Source: Malacoraja senta (taxonomy: Eukaryota). Taken from it: 64,000 nt of DNA. The notes beneath the pieces are model-generated. The model did not search any database. It saw only the letters and a program-made list of their open reading frames with translations, and was not told the DNA's origin. Of this stretch, positions 48,209 through 61,334 are shown in pieces. The translations under genes were made by a program, and so were the position numbers. Each line of letters begins with the position of its first letter. Position 1 is the first letter of the stretch. The stretch lies in assembly GCA_038087875.1 (NCBI GenBank), contig JAXLNO010000219.1:62001-126000 (forward strand), in the 5' to 3' direction.

Positions 48209-51200
48209 GTTGGATGATCAGCCATGATCATATTGAATGGCGGTGCAGGCTCGAAGGGCCGAATGGCCTACTCCTGCACCTAATTTCTATGTTTCTATGT
48301 TTCTAAACGAAGAATAATATAATACATTTCATGTACAACTTCTTGTTTTTAAATTTAATAATAAAAAAGTAGTAGAAGCAAAAAGAGAGAAAAAGTAAGT
48401 TAGATAAGGTGGTGAAAGTAATAGATCGTGAAAAAGTGCAGTAAAAAGAGAGAGAAGAGAAAAAATAAAAAAAATAAAATAAGGAAAAAAAAAAAAAAAT
48501 TATAAAAGATAAAAGATATATAGCTGCTTCATATCTTTGTGCACCCCTCACCCGGTTCTGAAACAGTTAATTTCCAGGGTTATGTTGCAACATATGCTTG
48601 TAATAAATCGATAAAGGGAGACCAAATCTTTAAGAATTGGTCTGATTTGCCTGCTAGGACGAATCTCATGTCTTCTAGGTGTAACATTTCAGACATATTT
48701 GAGATCCACATTTTAAGCGTTGGTGTTGGTGCATTTTTCCAGAATTGTAATATACGTTTTTTTGCTGTTATTAAGCCGTTATTAAGCCATAATTAAGGAA
48801 ACTTTTGGAACGAAGTCAGCTCAGGGCCGATAATCAGTTCTGCTTTGGGGTTCAGTTTTATTTTAAATACTTTTGGAAAAATTTCGAAAATTTCCTTCCA
48901 AAATTTCAGAAGTTTTATGCAAAAGACAAAAGAATGTGCTATAGTTGCATCTTGAGATGAGCATTTGTCGCAGATGGGAGACAAATTTGGAAATGTTTTA
49001 TTCAATTTAGTTTTGGAGTAATATAATCTGTGTAAAATTTTGAATTGAATTAAGATATGTCTTACATTAATCAAACATTGGTGTACATGTAGCAAATATT
49101 TATCCCATCTGTCTTTCGAGATATTTATAGATAATTCTTGTTCCCAATCTCTTCTAATTACATCAGACGGTGGTATCTCTATTTTTAAAATGATATTATA
49201 CAAATATGATATTAAATTTGTTGAGTCCGCCTTTCTGTTCATAGCTTCATCTAATATATCTGAAGTCAAAGTTTTATGTTCTTGCGTATGTTTTTTCAAG
49301 TAGTCACGGATTTGAAGGTATTTAAAGTATTGATTACTTTTCAGGTTGTATTTAAGTTGTAGTTGTTGGAATGTTAAAAGGTTTCCCATTTCATACATAT
49401 CTCCAAACGTTTTTTTTCCTATTCTTTCCAAATGTGTAAACGTTTTGTCGATAATAGGTGGTTTAAACGTCGGATTATTAACAATAGGAGAGAGAAGCAA
49501 TAGGTTTTTTAATTTGAAAGTTAATTTTATTTGTTTCCAAGTTCGTATTGTACTATGAATAATTGGATTTTTCTTGTATATTGTATTATTCAATTTTATC
49601 GGTGAAAGAAGGATCGTTCCTATATTGATAGGAGAGCAATCCTCTCTCTCCATTACTATCCAATCCACCTGTTGGGCAGAATTGTCCAACAAGTAAATTA
49701 CATTTTTGATATTCGTTGCCCAGTGATAGTAAAAAAAATTGGGTAGTGTCAGTCCTCCAAATTCTTTGGGTTTACACAGGTGTCTTCTTTGAATTCTGTG
49801 GGATTTATAGTCCCATATGAAATTTGTGATATCAGAGTCGAGTTTTAAAAAAGAAAATTGGTTAATATATTGGTATTGATTGAAATAAATATAAGATTTG
49901 TGGCAAAAAAATCATTTTTATGGCATTTATTCTGCCTATTAAAGACATCGGTAGTGTTTCCCAAAATTTAATCAAAGCATTTAATTTAGTAAGTAAGGGC
50001 ATATAGTTTGCATTGAATAAAGCTTTATATTTTCTGGTAATTTGAATACATAGATATTTAAATTTTTCTGTAGCAATTCTAAAGGGGAATTTTAAAAGGT
50101 GTGTCGATTCTTGAGGTTATATCATCATAATTTCGCTTTTATTCCAGTTTATTCTATATCCTGAGAAGGATCCAAATTCCTCTATTAAATGTAATATATT
50201 TGGTATGCTGATTTGCGATTTTGTAATATATAATAATACGTCGTCTGCATATAGTGATATTTTATTATTTGAATGTTTTGTATTATAACCGTGGATGTTC
50301 GGATGCATTCTTATACTTTCTGCTAAGGGTTCTATCACAAGAGCGAAGAGCAGGGGTGATAGTGCACATCCCTGTCTATTGCCCCTGGATAGTTGAAATT
50401 TCGGAGAGAGTATATTATTGGTCAGTATTCTAGCAGTCGGCTTGTCATATAATAATTTTACCCATAAAATGAAATTCTCTCCCATTTGAAATGTTTGCAG
50501 TATTTTGAAGAGATAGTCCCATTCCACCTGATCGAATGCTTTTTCTGCATCCAATGAAATAATTGATAAGTCTTCCTCTTCAGTATTATATGAATACATT
50601 ATATTAAACAGACGTCTCAGATTATTGAATGAATATCTCGGGTATAAACCCCGTTTGATCCGCATTTATTAATTTACTGACATATTTGCTCAGTCTTCTT
50701 GCTAGAGTTTTCGCTAGTATTTTCTGATCTGTGTTTAACAATGCAATGGCTCTATATGAACCGGGATCTTCTAGATCTTTATCTTTTTTCGTAATAAGTG
50801 TAATAGTTGATTCCGCTAATGTTTCTGGTAGAGTTTGTTCTTTAAAAGCGTATGTGTACAGTTTTTGTAGACGTGATGAGATTGTCTCGTAGAATCTTTT
50901 ATAAAATTTGTTACTAAATCCATCTGGTCCTGGCGTTTTACCGTTCTTCAGTGAGTTTATTGTCTCTTATATTTCTTTAATTGAGACCTGAGCTCCTAAT
51001 TCCTCTTGTTCCAACAGATTAAGTTTTGGGAGGTTACAATTATCCAAGAAATTTATAACTTTAGTGTTATCTGCTGATGTTTTAGATGTATATAAATTTT
51101 TATATAATTGAGCAAATCTTTTATTAATGTCTTTAGGTAATGTTAACAATTCGCCTTTATATGATTTAATTCTTGAAATCGTATGATCCTTTTCCCGTTT

Positions 51201-53124
51201 TTTCTATTGACGTGCCAAGAGTTTATGTGGTTTATCGCCGAATTCAAAGTTTTCCTGTTTTGTAATTTGGAATAGTCTTATAACTCTTGCAGATAAGATT
51301 CTGTTTAATTTAAATTTCAATATTCTTATTTTATTGTGTTTATCTATGGTTGGTTCTTTAGCATTATCTAGGTCTAATTGTCTAATTTGTTCTTCTAACT
51401 GCAATTGTTCTTTCTTATTTTTTTTATTTTGAAATGCTTGATATGAAATTATAGATCCTCTAATAAATGCCTTAAAAGATTCCCATAATAAAGAGGGTGA
51501 GATGCCTGGCATGTTGTTAGACTCAAAAAAAAATTCCATCTGTTGTTTTAGATATATACTACCTTGTGGATCGTTTAAAATTTGGGGATTAAACCTCCAA
51601 AACGATTTTTTAATTGGGCATTCCTTCTATTTTACGAAAAAGGTTAGCGGAGAGTGATCAGAAATGATACTGTTATGATATTTAGGATTCGTTGTGTACG
51701 GAATTAATTTCGTATCCACTAAAAAATAATCGATACGTGCGTAAGTTTTATGTACCATTGAGTAAAAAGAGTATTTTACTCTATAGATTGGCGACCCTCC
51801 ATACGTCTGTTATATTTGTTTTTTTTATATATGTATTTAGGAGTTCACTGGCTTTTGATTTTATGTTAAGCCTCTTTTGTTGTGTAGATTTATCCAGATA
51901 TGGATCTAAAACGCAATTGAAATCTCCCCCCATTATCACATTTTGATAATTAAGCTCTGAAATTATATTCAGTATTTTGTTAAAAAATTGAGGATTATCA
52001 AAATTAGACGCATATATATTTACCATAGTAAGTGGTGTAGAGTTGATTTCTCCCGTAACTATAAGATATCTCCCCTCTTTATCTGCTGAAACTCTTTGAT
52101 TTAAATGGTATACCTTTACGAATGATAATTGCTGTGCCTCTAGATTTAGAGATATATGAAGAGTAATATGTTTGGGGGGGGGGGGGCTCCTGGTCTTGAT
52201 TGAACTCGTCGAACCCGGTGAGCCGCATCTATTTTCGGATTGTCAGACAGTTTAAATACTTGTTTAAGTAAGTTGGCAGTGAACTCCCGAGGGTTCTTTC
52301 CAGTTTCCCTTCCCTCTGTCACTCCAACAATTCTTAAATTCTGCCTTCTTGATCGTGCTTCCAAATCCAGGCATTTGTCATCCATTTTGGCCAGTTGCCC
52401 CGATACACATTTTTGCTCCTTCCTCAGTCTTTTCATCTCTTCAGACATTTCCTTCATCTCATTTTCCATATCTTCCATAACCGTGGAAAATGCTTTAGTG
52501 GTCTTGAGAACAGAATCAAACTTCTCGTTACAGTCTTTTTCAACCCGTTTGATTTCTGTATTTAAGTCATCCTCAATTTCTTCAATACGTTTCCTTAGAG
52601 TAGCTATTTCCTCAATGACTTCCTCATTACCACGCTTAATTTTTTTTAGGCAGATTTTTCTCCAGTGAAGAATTCCCGTCTAGTATCATTTTAGCAAAGT
52701 CACTCATTAATGAGGTTCTTACCGACTGCTCGAGTTGCTCCAGCTGTTTCTCCTTTGAAGCCATTACAGTAGGTATTCTTTGAGCCTCAGATTCTTCTTC
52801 GGAACTTTCTGCTGCTGTTTGCAGAGTCTTATCCAGCTCTATGGTCCATTGTTTTACTTGAGATCTTGTAGCAGGATTCTTGGAATTCTTCTTGTGCATT
52901 TAAGAGTATCAGAAAATCCCGTTATCAGCAGGATTTCTGATAACTCCTTTTACACAATTAAAATAACAGCTCCGGTAGTTATTTTTAAGATTCCCCCGTC
53001 TTCCAACTCGTATTTTTAGCACATTAAAGCATTCTTCGGGAGCGGAGCTAATTGCAGCGTCTCTCAGCACTCCATGACGCCACCGGAAGTCCTGACTCAA
53101 GTTTCTAAGTGCAAAGTAAGCTAG

Positions 53125-55132
53125 TGTAGCGGCACCAAACGTGGTCAGGAAAAGGCCAGACGTCAGGCTGGTTCAAACAGTAGTTTTTATTCAGTTGTTA
53201 TAGGTAAGTTTGATCCGCTAACGTAATTGTCATTGCTGCTGTAGCTGAGCGAGGTTGTTCTCTCGAGCTCAGTTACCTGTTGACTCCCCTGGGCTCAAGG
53301 TGAGATAAGCTTAAGTAGCAGGACACTCCCCCTAGGCCGTGACATCACATGCCAGCCCTCGTAGTTACTGACGAGGGTTCGACCATAAGTGGTCTGTATC
53401 AGCTGACGCCACAGGACTCCCCCCAAAACCAGAGGAAGGAATAGAATGGTCGAGGGCGGTTCCTGCATGTGGGTCGGGGACACCCCGGGCGTGGTTCGGG
53501 ACGGAGGGGCCGCGGGCGCAGTCGACGCTCCGGCTGTGGGCGATCCCGAGGTATGCCGAGGGGTGCAAGGAGAACGATGCAAAAGCCGCCGGACGAAAGA
53601 GACACAGTCGCATCTCCTCGACCAGCTAAGGGATCGTGTCCTGAGAAATAAGGCCCCCAGCAACTGCTGGGAGACGTCGGCAACAATGAAGAAAAAACTA
53701 AATAAAATAAATTAACTGATTGCTAAACCCGGCGTGGTGATACAGTGTAAACAAAGTGAGAAGAAACAACACAAACTACAGTGAGCAATCACGTGCAAAG
53801 TGGTAGGTAAGTTCAAATTGTCCAGTGTCCATGGTGCAGGATAGGAAACTGTGCTGGAAAACCAGAGGTTGCAGTGCCAGCCTCCGATCTGAATGAGGCG
53901 CTGTTGCCGGTGGTCAGGCTGCAGGGATGGTATCCGGCCTGAAGATGGTGCTGTTGCCGGTGGTCAGGCTGCAGGGACGGCATCCGGCCAAAAAGTGGCG
54001 CTGTGGACGGCGGTCAGGCTGCAGTGACCGCAGTCGACATGAGGGTGGCATTGTTGCCGGTGGTCAGGCTGCAGTGGTGGCATCCGGCCGGAAGGTGGCG
54101 CTGTGGACAGCGGTCAGGCTGCAGTGACGGCAGTCGATCTGAGGGTGGCGCTGTTGCCGGTGGTCAGGCTGCAGTGGTGGCATCCGGCCGGAAGGTGGCG
54201 CTGTGGACAGTGATCAGGGAAGGTCGAGCTTCTCTTTCGGCCGGCCGGGGCGGCCATTTTGCCGGTCGGCTGAAACGGCCTTAACCAGCGATTCAAGACC
54301 CTGCTGCTGGGCTGGACAGGCAGCCAGCGCCCAGGGATCTTCGGGGTTCACCCCGGTGAGGAGCAGAAGGGCGTCTTCGACAGTCACCCCAGGTAAGCCC
54401 ACCCTATCGGGTGGCTAGGCCCGGGGCAGCGGCCGGCAGGGTAATGGGCGGGCCCACTCTCTTCCCACTCCCGGGGCCGTCAGGCATGCGTCGGGTGATG
54501 CTGGGGGCAGGAGGCTGCTACACTCGCAGCTCCTGCAGCAGCTGGTGGGGCAGCGGCAGCTGGTGGAAGAGAGATGGCTGGTGGGGAAGTGACGGCAGCC
54601 GCGGCTTCTCAGCTCCGGTGGTCGGCTCCGGGCAGGTCATGCGGGAGAGCTATGCGGCTGTCACACAAGGCCTGGACCGCGCCCCTTGACCCGGGCGGCC
54701 TGCGGCATACCTTAGGGTAGGGCCGGGTTGGCGGCAGCGTCGTTCTGCAGGGCTGGGCAGTCGGCTGTAGACATCAGGTCTCCCGAGGCTGCGTGCGTCA
54801 GGAGAAATCCAAATTTCAATTTGGATAGTCGGGGTCACCAATGTAGCGGCACCAAACGTGGTCAGGAAAAGGCCAGACGTCAGGTTGGTTGAAACAGTAG
54901 TTTTTATTCAGTTGTTACAGGTAAGTTTGTTCCGCTAACGTAATTGTCATTGCTGCTGTAGCTGAGCGAGGTTGTTCGCTCGAGCTCAGCTACCTGTTGA
55001 CTCCCCTGGTCTCAAGGTGAGATAAGCTTAAGTAGCAGGACACTCCCCCTAGGCCGTGACGTCACGTGCCAGCCCTCGTAGCTACTGACGAAGGTTCGAC
55101 CATTAGTGGTGTGTGTATCAGCTGACGCCACA
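53125..55132 (-). mobile_element. Non-autonomous Gypsy-type LTR retrotransposon
   Basis: TG..CA LTRs at 53125-53413 and 54842-55132; 4-bp TSD ctag; PBS TGGTGACCCCGAC (tRNA-Trp type) at 54828-40; G-rich PPT at ~53414-24. No pol ORF. Confidence 0.92.
53901..54210. repeat. 50-bp tandem repeat, unit order A-A-B-A-B-A-(B)
   Basis: Units start every 50 bp from 53901 to 54201; shared core ggtcaggctgcag. Confidence 0.9.
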
Positions 55133-56358
55133 CTAGTCAGAATTTTTATAATAATCAAGACAGGAAGCAACAAAGGTACAGATTATAGACACAAAGTGCT
55201 GGCATAACTCAGCGGGTCAGGCAGCATCTCTGGAGAAAAAGGATAGGTGTTGTTCCGGGTCGGGACCCATCTTCAGACTGTTTCTATGAAGATACAGATG
55301 AGGTTTACAGCAGCCGATGGACTGAGGCTAGAGTACAAGTGGGAAAGGTTACAGAGGTGGTAATAAGCAGTCTCAGTGATGGATGTGGTCCTAAATTCAT
55401 GTTGATTTAAATTTAACACCATAGCTTTCATAGACAGAAAAAAATCTCACTTTGTTACCAGATAGAAGGGTTTAACAAACTCACAACTAAAAACCTTTTG
55501 CATAAACTGATATCCATCTGATTGAACCACTATGCAGAGCATGATAGGAACGTCAACAGTGAAAGGAGATATTTGTAGAGGAAATGAACAACACTGCCAT
55601 CAAACTCATTATTCCACAGAGTAAAGGATGGATACCTGGGATTAAGCCAAGTTTCAACTGCACAGCACCTTATACTTTGGAGTTGTGTGATGGAATTTCT
55701 AAGCCAGACGTGTTTTCGAAGGAGAAAAGGAACCATTTTGGTACATTGTGAATTGCATCTGGAATTCAGCTAACTTTTGCAATGTCAAAGGTCAAATGTC
55801 CAATTTGTGATGTTATTGCTGAAATGCAGTTTATTTTTTAACTTTTTCTATTTTCCAGGCATCCCAAATGAACCGTGGGCATATGTTTGGTTGGGAACAC
55901 ATCACCTCTTATAAAATAGAGCATTGGGCCCAGACTTATTTTCTCAAATTTTAATCACTTGGATGGGTAGATGTTCCATGTTTTTCTTTGCCAATCCTCT
56001 CTAATTCCATGCTTTTTTTTTTAACCCTGAATTTAGCCTCTCCCACTTTATGGCATTATTGAATAGGCAGTGAATATATTATGACACAAAAAAATCTTGA
56101 CATCATCTAAAACTCGGCTGTTTTTGTTCTTGATTTGTAACAAGCCGCACACTTGAGCTTTTCCATTTGAAATGTCCCATTCTCATTTTTAAATCCTTCT
56201 CTGATTCTTCTCCCAACAACTGTTCCCACCTCATCTCTAATCTCCTCGAGAACAGTAGCCATCTAAAGGTGGTCTCTTAATTATGCTCAAAGTTAATCAC
56301 TCCTTTACTAGCTGCTGCTAGTCCCCAAAGCATTGGTATTGCAAAATTATATACATAT

Positions 56359-56363
<5 letters not shown>

Positions 56364-56405
<42 letters not shown>
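56364..56405. repeat. (CT)n microsatellite
   Basis: Read directly. Confidence 0.95.
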
Positions 56406-56406
<1 letters not shown>

Positions 56407-58254
56407 ACACGTACAACCCAGCTGCTTGACGTGTTCAGGCTTTAGCTCATGTACTTATTTTTGTGACTTTAAGAGTACCACGGAGTTCGTTGAGACATTT
56501 TTCCATGTTGAAAATGTTATAAGTGTAATAAAGGGTTATATTTGCAAAACAAGTAACCCTTTATTTGTTTGTTCATATATTAACCAGATTATTCAGAATG
56601 GGCAGAGTAACATTGTGTGGTACACCAGTGCATAATCATCCGTCAGTGAGCAACCGCCAGGTGAAGTAAGCAGTTGACTGTATCAATATATCTAATGGTC
56701 TTTAGAGGGAAACAATTGATTTATCTTCAGCTCAGAGGGATACAATAACAAATTAAAGGAAGAGAGAAAATGGTGCTCAGAAGAAAGTTATGATTGAGTC
56801 TGTCAAAGGCTAATGATTAACTTAGCATTTTGTGGTAGAGGAGGAGACAGAATTAGGCTCAAAGGGACCTGCAGGTGCACATCCACAAGCTTTTGGGTGT
56901 AGTCGCACCAGGTGAGAAGGCTGTAAAAAAGGAATAAGTGATCTTTAGTTTTGTTTTTTAGAGATTTGGGAAACTAACTTTATATTTGACTGCTGCTAAA
57001 CTCATGCTTATGTAATGGTCATTGGATAGGTCCACAGACTACAAATGATTAAAAGGTGAGGAAATGGGTTAGGGAGAGGACTCACTCTCAAAATTATACA
57101 ACTATGGAAGAACTACGACGCAAGACTTTGGCATTGTTTTGTTTTTAAGTTATATCAAGAAGCAATAAATCTTGACTGATTAAGGTCAGCTGGTAATGCA
57201 GAAAGGAACAGATGACTGATTAACACGGCATGATAAATTTACCAAAGACAAAACCTTTCCTTTGGGAATTAGCAGCCTCAGTTTACTTGACAAGGTAAGA
57301 AACAAAACAAAGTCTGCTAAATCTTTATAAAACACTGTGTGGCATCTGGAGGATAGTAGAAATTCTGACCACTACATCTTTAGGAAGAATATCAAGGTCT
57401 TGAAGAGATTGTGGAGAAGATTAACTAAAATAATTTGAAAAATGAACTGCATAGAAAAAAAGTTGAGGTTGACTCCCTCAGTGCAGGAAGCTAAAAAGGG
57501 AGATTTGTTATAGGTGTTCAAAATCAAGACTGTCTGAAGCATGAAGGGCCAAATATCCCGCTTCTGTATTGTATTATTATATAATTCCATCATTCCTTTT
57601 ATTTTAACCATGTTACAGAAGATAATGTAACAGCACGCTGTCGAGCCATGATAAAATACCTCGATGATCAACACAAAATGTTGAAATAAATCAGAGGGTC
57701 AGGCAGCAGCACTGGAGAAAATGGATAGGTGACATTTTGGGTCGGGATCCTTCCTCAGACTAAAGAAGGGACCTGACCCGAAACATCACCTATCCATTTT
57801 ATCCAGAGATATTGCCTAACCCCTTAGTTTAGTTTCATTGTATTTAAGTTTACTCTATTGTTACTTGTACCGAGATACAGCGAAAGCTTTTTTTGTTGTG
57901 TGCTCTTCTGCATTTTGTGTCAATCTTTGGTATAAACCAACATTTGCATTTCCTTGTTATTACATAAAATACCTTGACCCTGAATAAGGGAAAAGTTACC
58001 ATTTTGAACGTTTTTAAAATCTTTAAAAAAACTGTAAACAACACCATGAATATTTTACTCGCGGTGCTGATAGGGAAAGTCCTTTTGATGCAGTTTGAAA
58101 AATAAAGACACTAATTTCTACAGTTTGTTTGCAACATCCTAAACAGCTTTGGAGTCAAATAAGTAATTTATACCACTATTTGTATTGTAGTTGGTAATTT
58201 GCACATATCATGTTCCTACAGATTTTTGCAATGGTAACACAAGAATAAATATTG

Positions 58255-58480
58255 GCTAACATACTAGGGATAACACCCCCTCCCCATTCTGCAAGGCGAG
58301 TGAGAGTGTTGACTTCATCTTTCATCTAAAAAACAGCACCTTCAAAGTGCAGCAATCACTCCGTCTGCTCTGGAGTGTCAGCCAAAACATTTCTACTGAA
58401 TTGTCTGGAGTGGGACACAAACACACAACTTTCTTACTCCAACGAACGGGTGATCACACTGAGCCACGGCTGACACTGAA
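58255..58480 (-). mobile_element. Degenerate DeuSINE/SacSINE1-like SINE
   Basis: Reverse strand has cccactccagac...ggctgacactccagagcag...gtgctgtttttagatgaa. Confidence 0.55.
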
Positions 58481-59147
58481 ACAGGCAGCTTATCAGATGC
58501 ACTTACTTGTTAATTACTGGCCGCAGGGCCTGTTTCCGCACCGTATCTCTAAACTAAACTCAACTAAACACCACTCCATGTATTTCTGACGTGAAACATG
58601 TTGTCAGCACAAGCCTGGCTCACAAGCAGGAATATCTGTTTGAATTTCTGGAGTGACAAGATTCAGCTTGTAAATCATTCCAATCTGCAAATAATTGGTT
58701 TTCACTGAAAAACAAAAAAGTGCCTTGCTTGTCAATTACTAGGCCATCATCTTCCAAGTTATCGATGTTTTCTCCTGGAGGACCAGGCCAGTCCATGCCT
58801 ACAGCCAGGTGCAGTGAGAGCAGATGGTAACCTTGAACCGCCATAGTCCCTGCACTCCCATAGTGTAGTTAGGTCTGGTATGGACTGAATGTGTTTGATT
58901 GACTGGAATTTCCCCTGCTTCTGCCAACCGAAAGTGGAACAAAGCAAATGGGAGAAAGCTACTGCCAATAATGTGAGCTGTCGCCAACATTTCTGTAAAC
59001 AGCGACACTGTAAACTCAGATCTCACAAGCTGGATTCTTGCACATCTCATCCCATACAACTGCTGCATTGAAGTTTAAAATAAAATAATTGTATCAGAAA
59101 TGTAGCTCTGTCTCAATCTTATCAGCAATCATTGCACTAAAATGTCA

Positions 59148-59261
<114 letters not shown>

Positions 59262-59334
59262 CTACAAAAGTAGGGGGAAAAAAGAGACAGATCTAAATAC
59301 AGTCACATATAGTCTGGTGAACTTTTTCAGAGCC

Positions 59335-59580
59335 CGTGGCGTAGTAGCAGCACTCTCTCAGGGACAAGATATTGTGGGTTCAAATCTCACTCCACAGACT
59401 TGAGAACAAGATCTGGGCTGGTATTCTGGTACAGTACACGGGATATTCTGCAGTGTTAGATACATTAAACTGAGGCCTTGTCTACTCCCTCAGGTAGACA
59501 TAAAAGATCTTGCGTCAATATTTTGAGAATAAAAGATATAGTAGTTTCCTGTGTCCTGGCCAATATCAATTATTAATCAA
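59335..59580 (+). mobile_element. DeuSINE/SacSINE1-like SINE
   Basis: tRNA-like gtgggttcaaatctcactcca, then ttaaactgaggcc...aaaagatc...gtgtcctggccaatat, resembling the Deu domain. Confidence 0.6.
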
Positions 59581-59967
59581 TATTGATCAAAACCTCACTA
59601 TCTGCACTTCCAAAGCAACAACATTTGCTCTAAAAAGAGCTTTGAGATATCCAGAGAAGCTTTATGGAAATGGAAATCAGTCTCTCTAATTTTTGTGCCT
59701 AATTTGTCTCTAGGTCAGCAATACAAAAGCCTTGAGAATTTAGATGTTATTAAATAATATAAGAATGTGCTGTTGACACTTTAATCCTTCCATGTTTTGG
59801 TGCTAGTTTCTGGTTTATTTGTGATACCATTCATTTTTTGCATGTAGTTTTAGTTTAGGAGCTGTACTCTTGGCCTTCCAGATCTACACGTTCAATACTT
59901 TAGTCTCCAACCGCACAAAGTTAAAGTTCACTTAATGCTGCGAACAGTAATGCGGGTGGGGTGGTAG

Positions 59968-61334
59968 ATACATAGATACATAGAAAATAGGTGCAGGAGT
60001 AGGCCATTCGGCCCTTCGAGCCTGCACCGCCATTCAATATGATCATGGCTGATCATCCAACTCAGTATCCCGTACCTGCCTTCTCTCCATACCCCCTGAT
60101 CCCTTTAGCCACAAGGGCCACATCTAACTCCCTCTTAAATATAGCCAATGAACTGGCCTCAACTACCCTCTGTGGCAGAGAGTTCCAGAGATTCACCACT
60201 CTCTGTGTGAAAACGTTTTTTCTCATCTCGGTCTTAAAGGATTTCCCCCTTATCCTTAAGCTGTGACCCCTTGTCCTGGACTTCCCCAACATCGGGAACA
60301 ATCTTCCTGCATCTAGCCTGTCCAACCCCATAAGAATGTTGTACGTTTCTATAAGATCCCCTCTCAATCTCCTAAATTCTAGCGAGTATAAGCCAAGTCT
60401 ATCCAGTCTATCTTCATATGAAAGTCCTGACATCCCAGGAATCAGTCTGGTGAACCTTCTCTGCACTCCCTCTATGGCTATAATGTCCTTCCTCAGATTT
60501 GGAGACCAAAACTGTACGCAATACTCCAGGTGTGGTCTCACCAAGACCCTGTACAACTGCAGTAGAACCTCCCTGCTCCTATACTCAAATCCTTTTGCTA
60601 TGAAAGCTAACATACCATTCGCTTTCTTCACTGCCTGCTGCACCTGCATGCCTACTTTCAATGACTGGTGTACCATGACACCCAGGTCTCGCTGCATCTC
60701 CCCTTTTCCTAATTGGCCACCATTTAGATAATAGTCTGCATTCCTGTTTTTGCCACCAAAGTGGATAACCTCACATTTATCCACATTATACTGCATCTGC
60801 CAAACATTTGCCCACTCACCCAGCCTATCCAAGTCACCTTGCTGTCTCCTAGCATCCTCCTCACAGCTAACACTGCCCCCCCAGCTTAGTGTCATCCGCA
60901 AACTTGGAGATGTTGCCTTCAATTCCCTCATCCAGGTCATTAATATAAATTGTAAATAGCTGGGGTCCCAGCACTGAGCCTTGCGGTACCCCACTAGTCA
61001 CTGCCTGCCAATGTGAAAAGGACCCGTTTACTCCTACTCTTTGCTTCCTGTTTGCCAGCCAGTTCTCTATCCACATCAATACTGAACCCCCAATACCGTG
61101 TGCTTTAAGTTTGTATACTAATCTCTTATGTGGGACCTTGTCGAAAGCCTTCTGAAAGTCCAGATACAACACATCCACTGGTTCTCCCCTATCCACTCTA
61201 CTAGTTACATCCTCGAAAAATTCTATAAGATTCGTCAGACATGATTTACCTTTCGTAAATCCATGCTGACTTTGTCCAATGATTTCACCACTTTCCAAAT
61301 ATGCTGCTATCCCATCTTTAATAACTGACTCTAG
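59968..61334 (-). mobile_element. 5'-truncated young CR1 copy
   Basis: Near-identical to 46937-48300; one extra base in the C-run at ~60876; candidate TSD tggtag (59962-67 / 61357-62). Confidence 0.93.

Larger units (their letters stand above)
44421..48303 (+). mobile_element. Young CR1 LINE, 5'-truncated within ORF1
   Basis: Esterase ORF1, intact ORF2, (TTTCTATG)n tail; candidate TSD taaac (44416-20 / 48304-08). Confidence 0.95.
44371..53090 (-). mobile_element. Decayed L1 with both ends, related to the L1 at 34887, split by a CR1 in its 3' UTR
   Basis: 12-bp TSD cctgactcaagt (44359-70 / 53091-102); A-rich tail at 44371-95; 5' acttccggtggcgtcatg. Frameshifted ORF1 (52146-52899) and ORF2 (~48560-52170), joined by a deletion at the G-run near 52170-86. 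Confidence 0.92.

Noticed and set aside
53355..53395. CTGACGA plus hairpin in the LTR, suggesting a retrozyme hammerhead
   Set aside because: No GAAA box or NUH site follows stem II in either LTR.
53901..54210. Constant core alternating with variable segments, superficially CRISPR-like
   Set aside because: The 'spacers' repeat as A and B types, there are no cas genes, and it lies within a eukaryotic LTR element.
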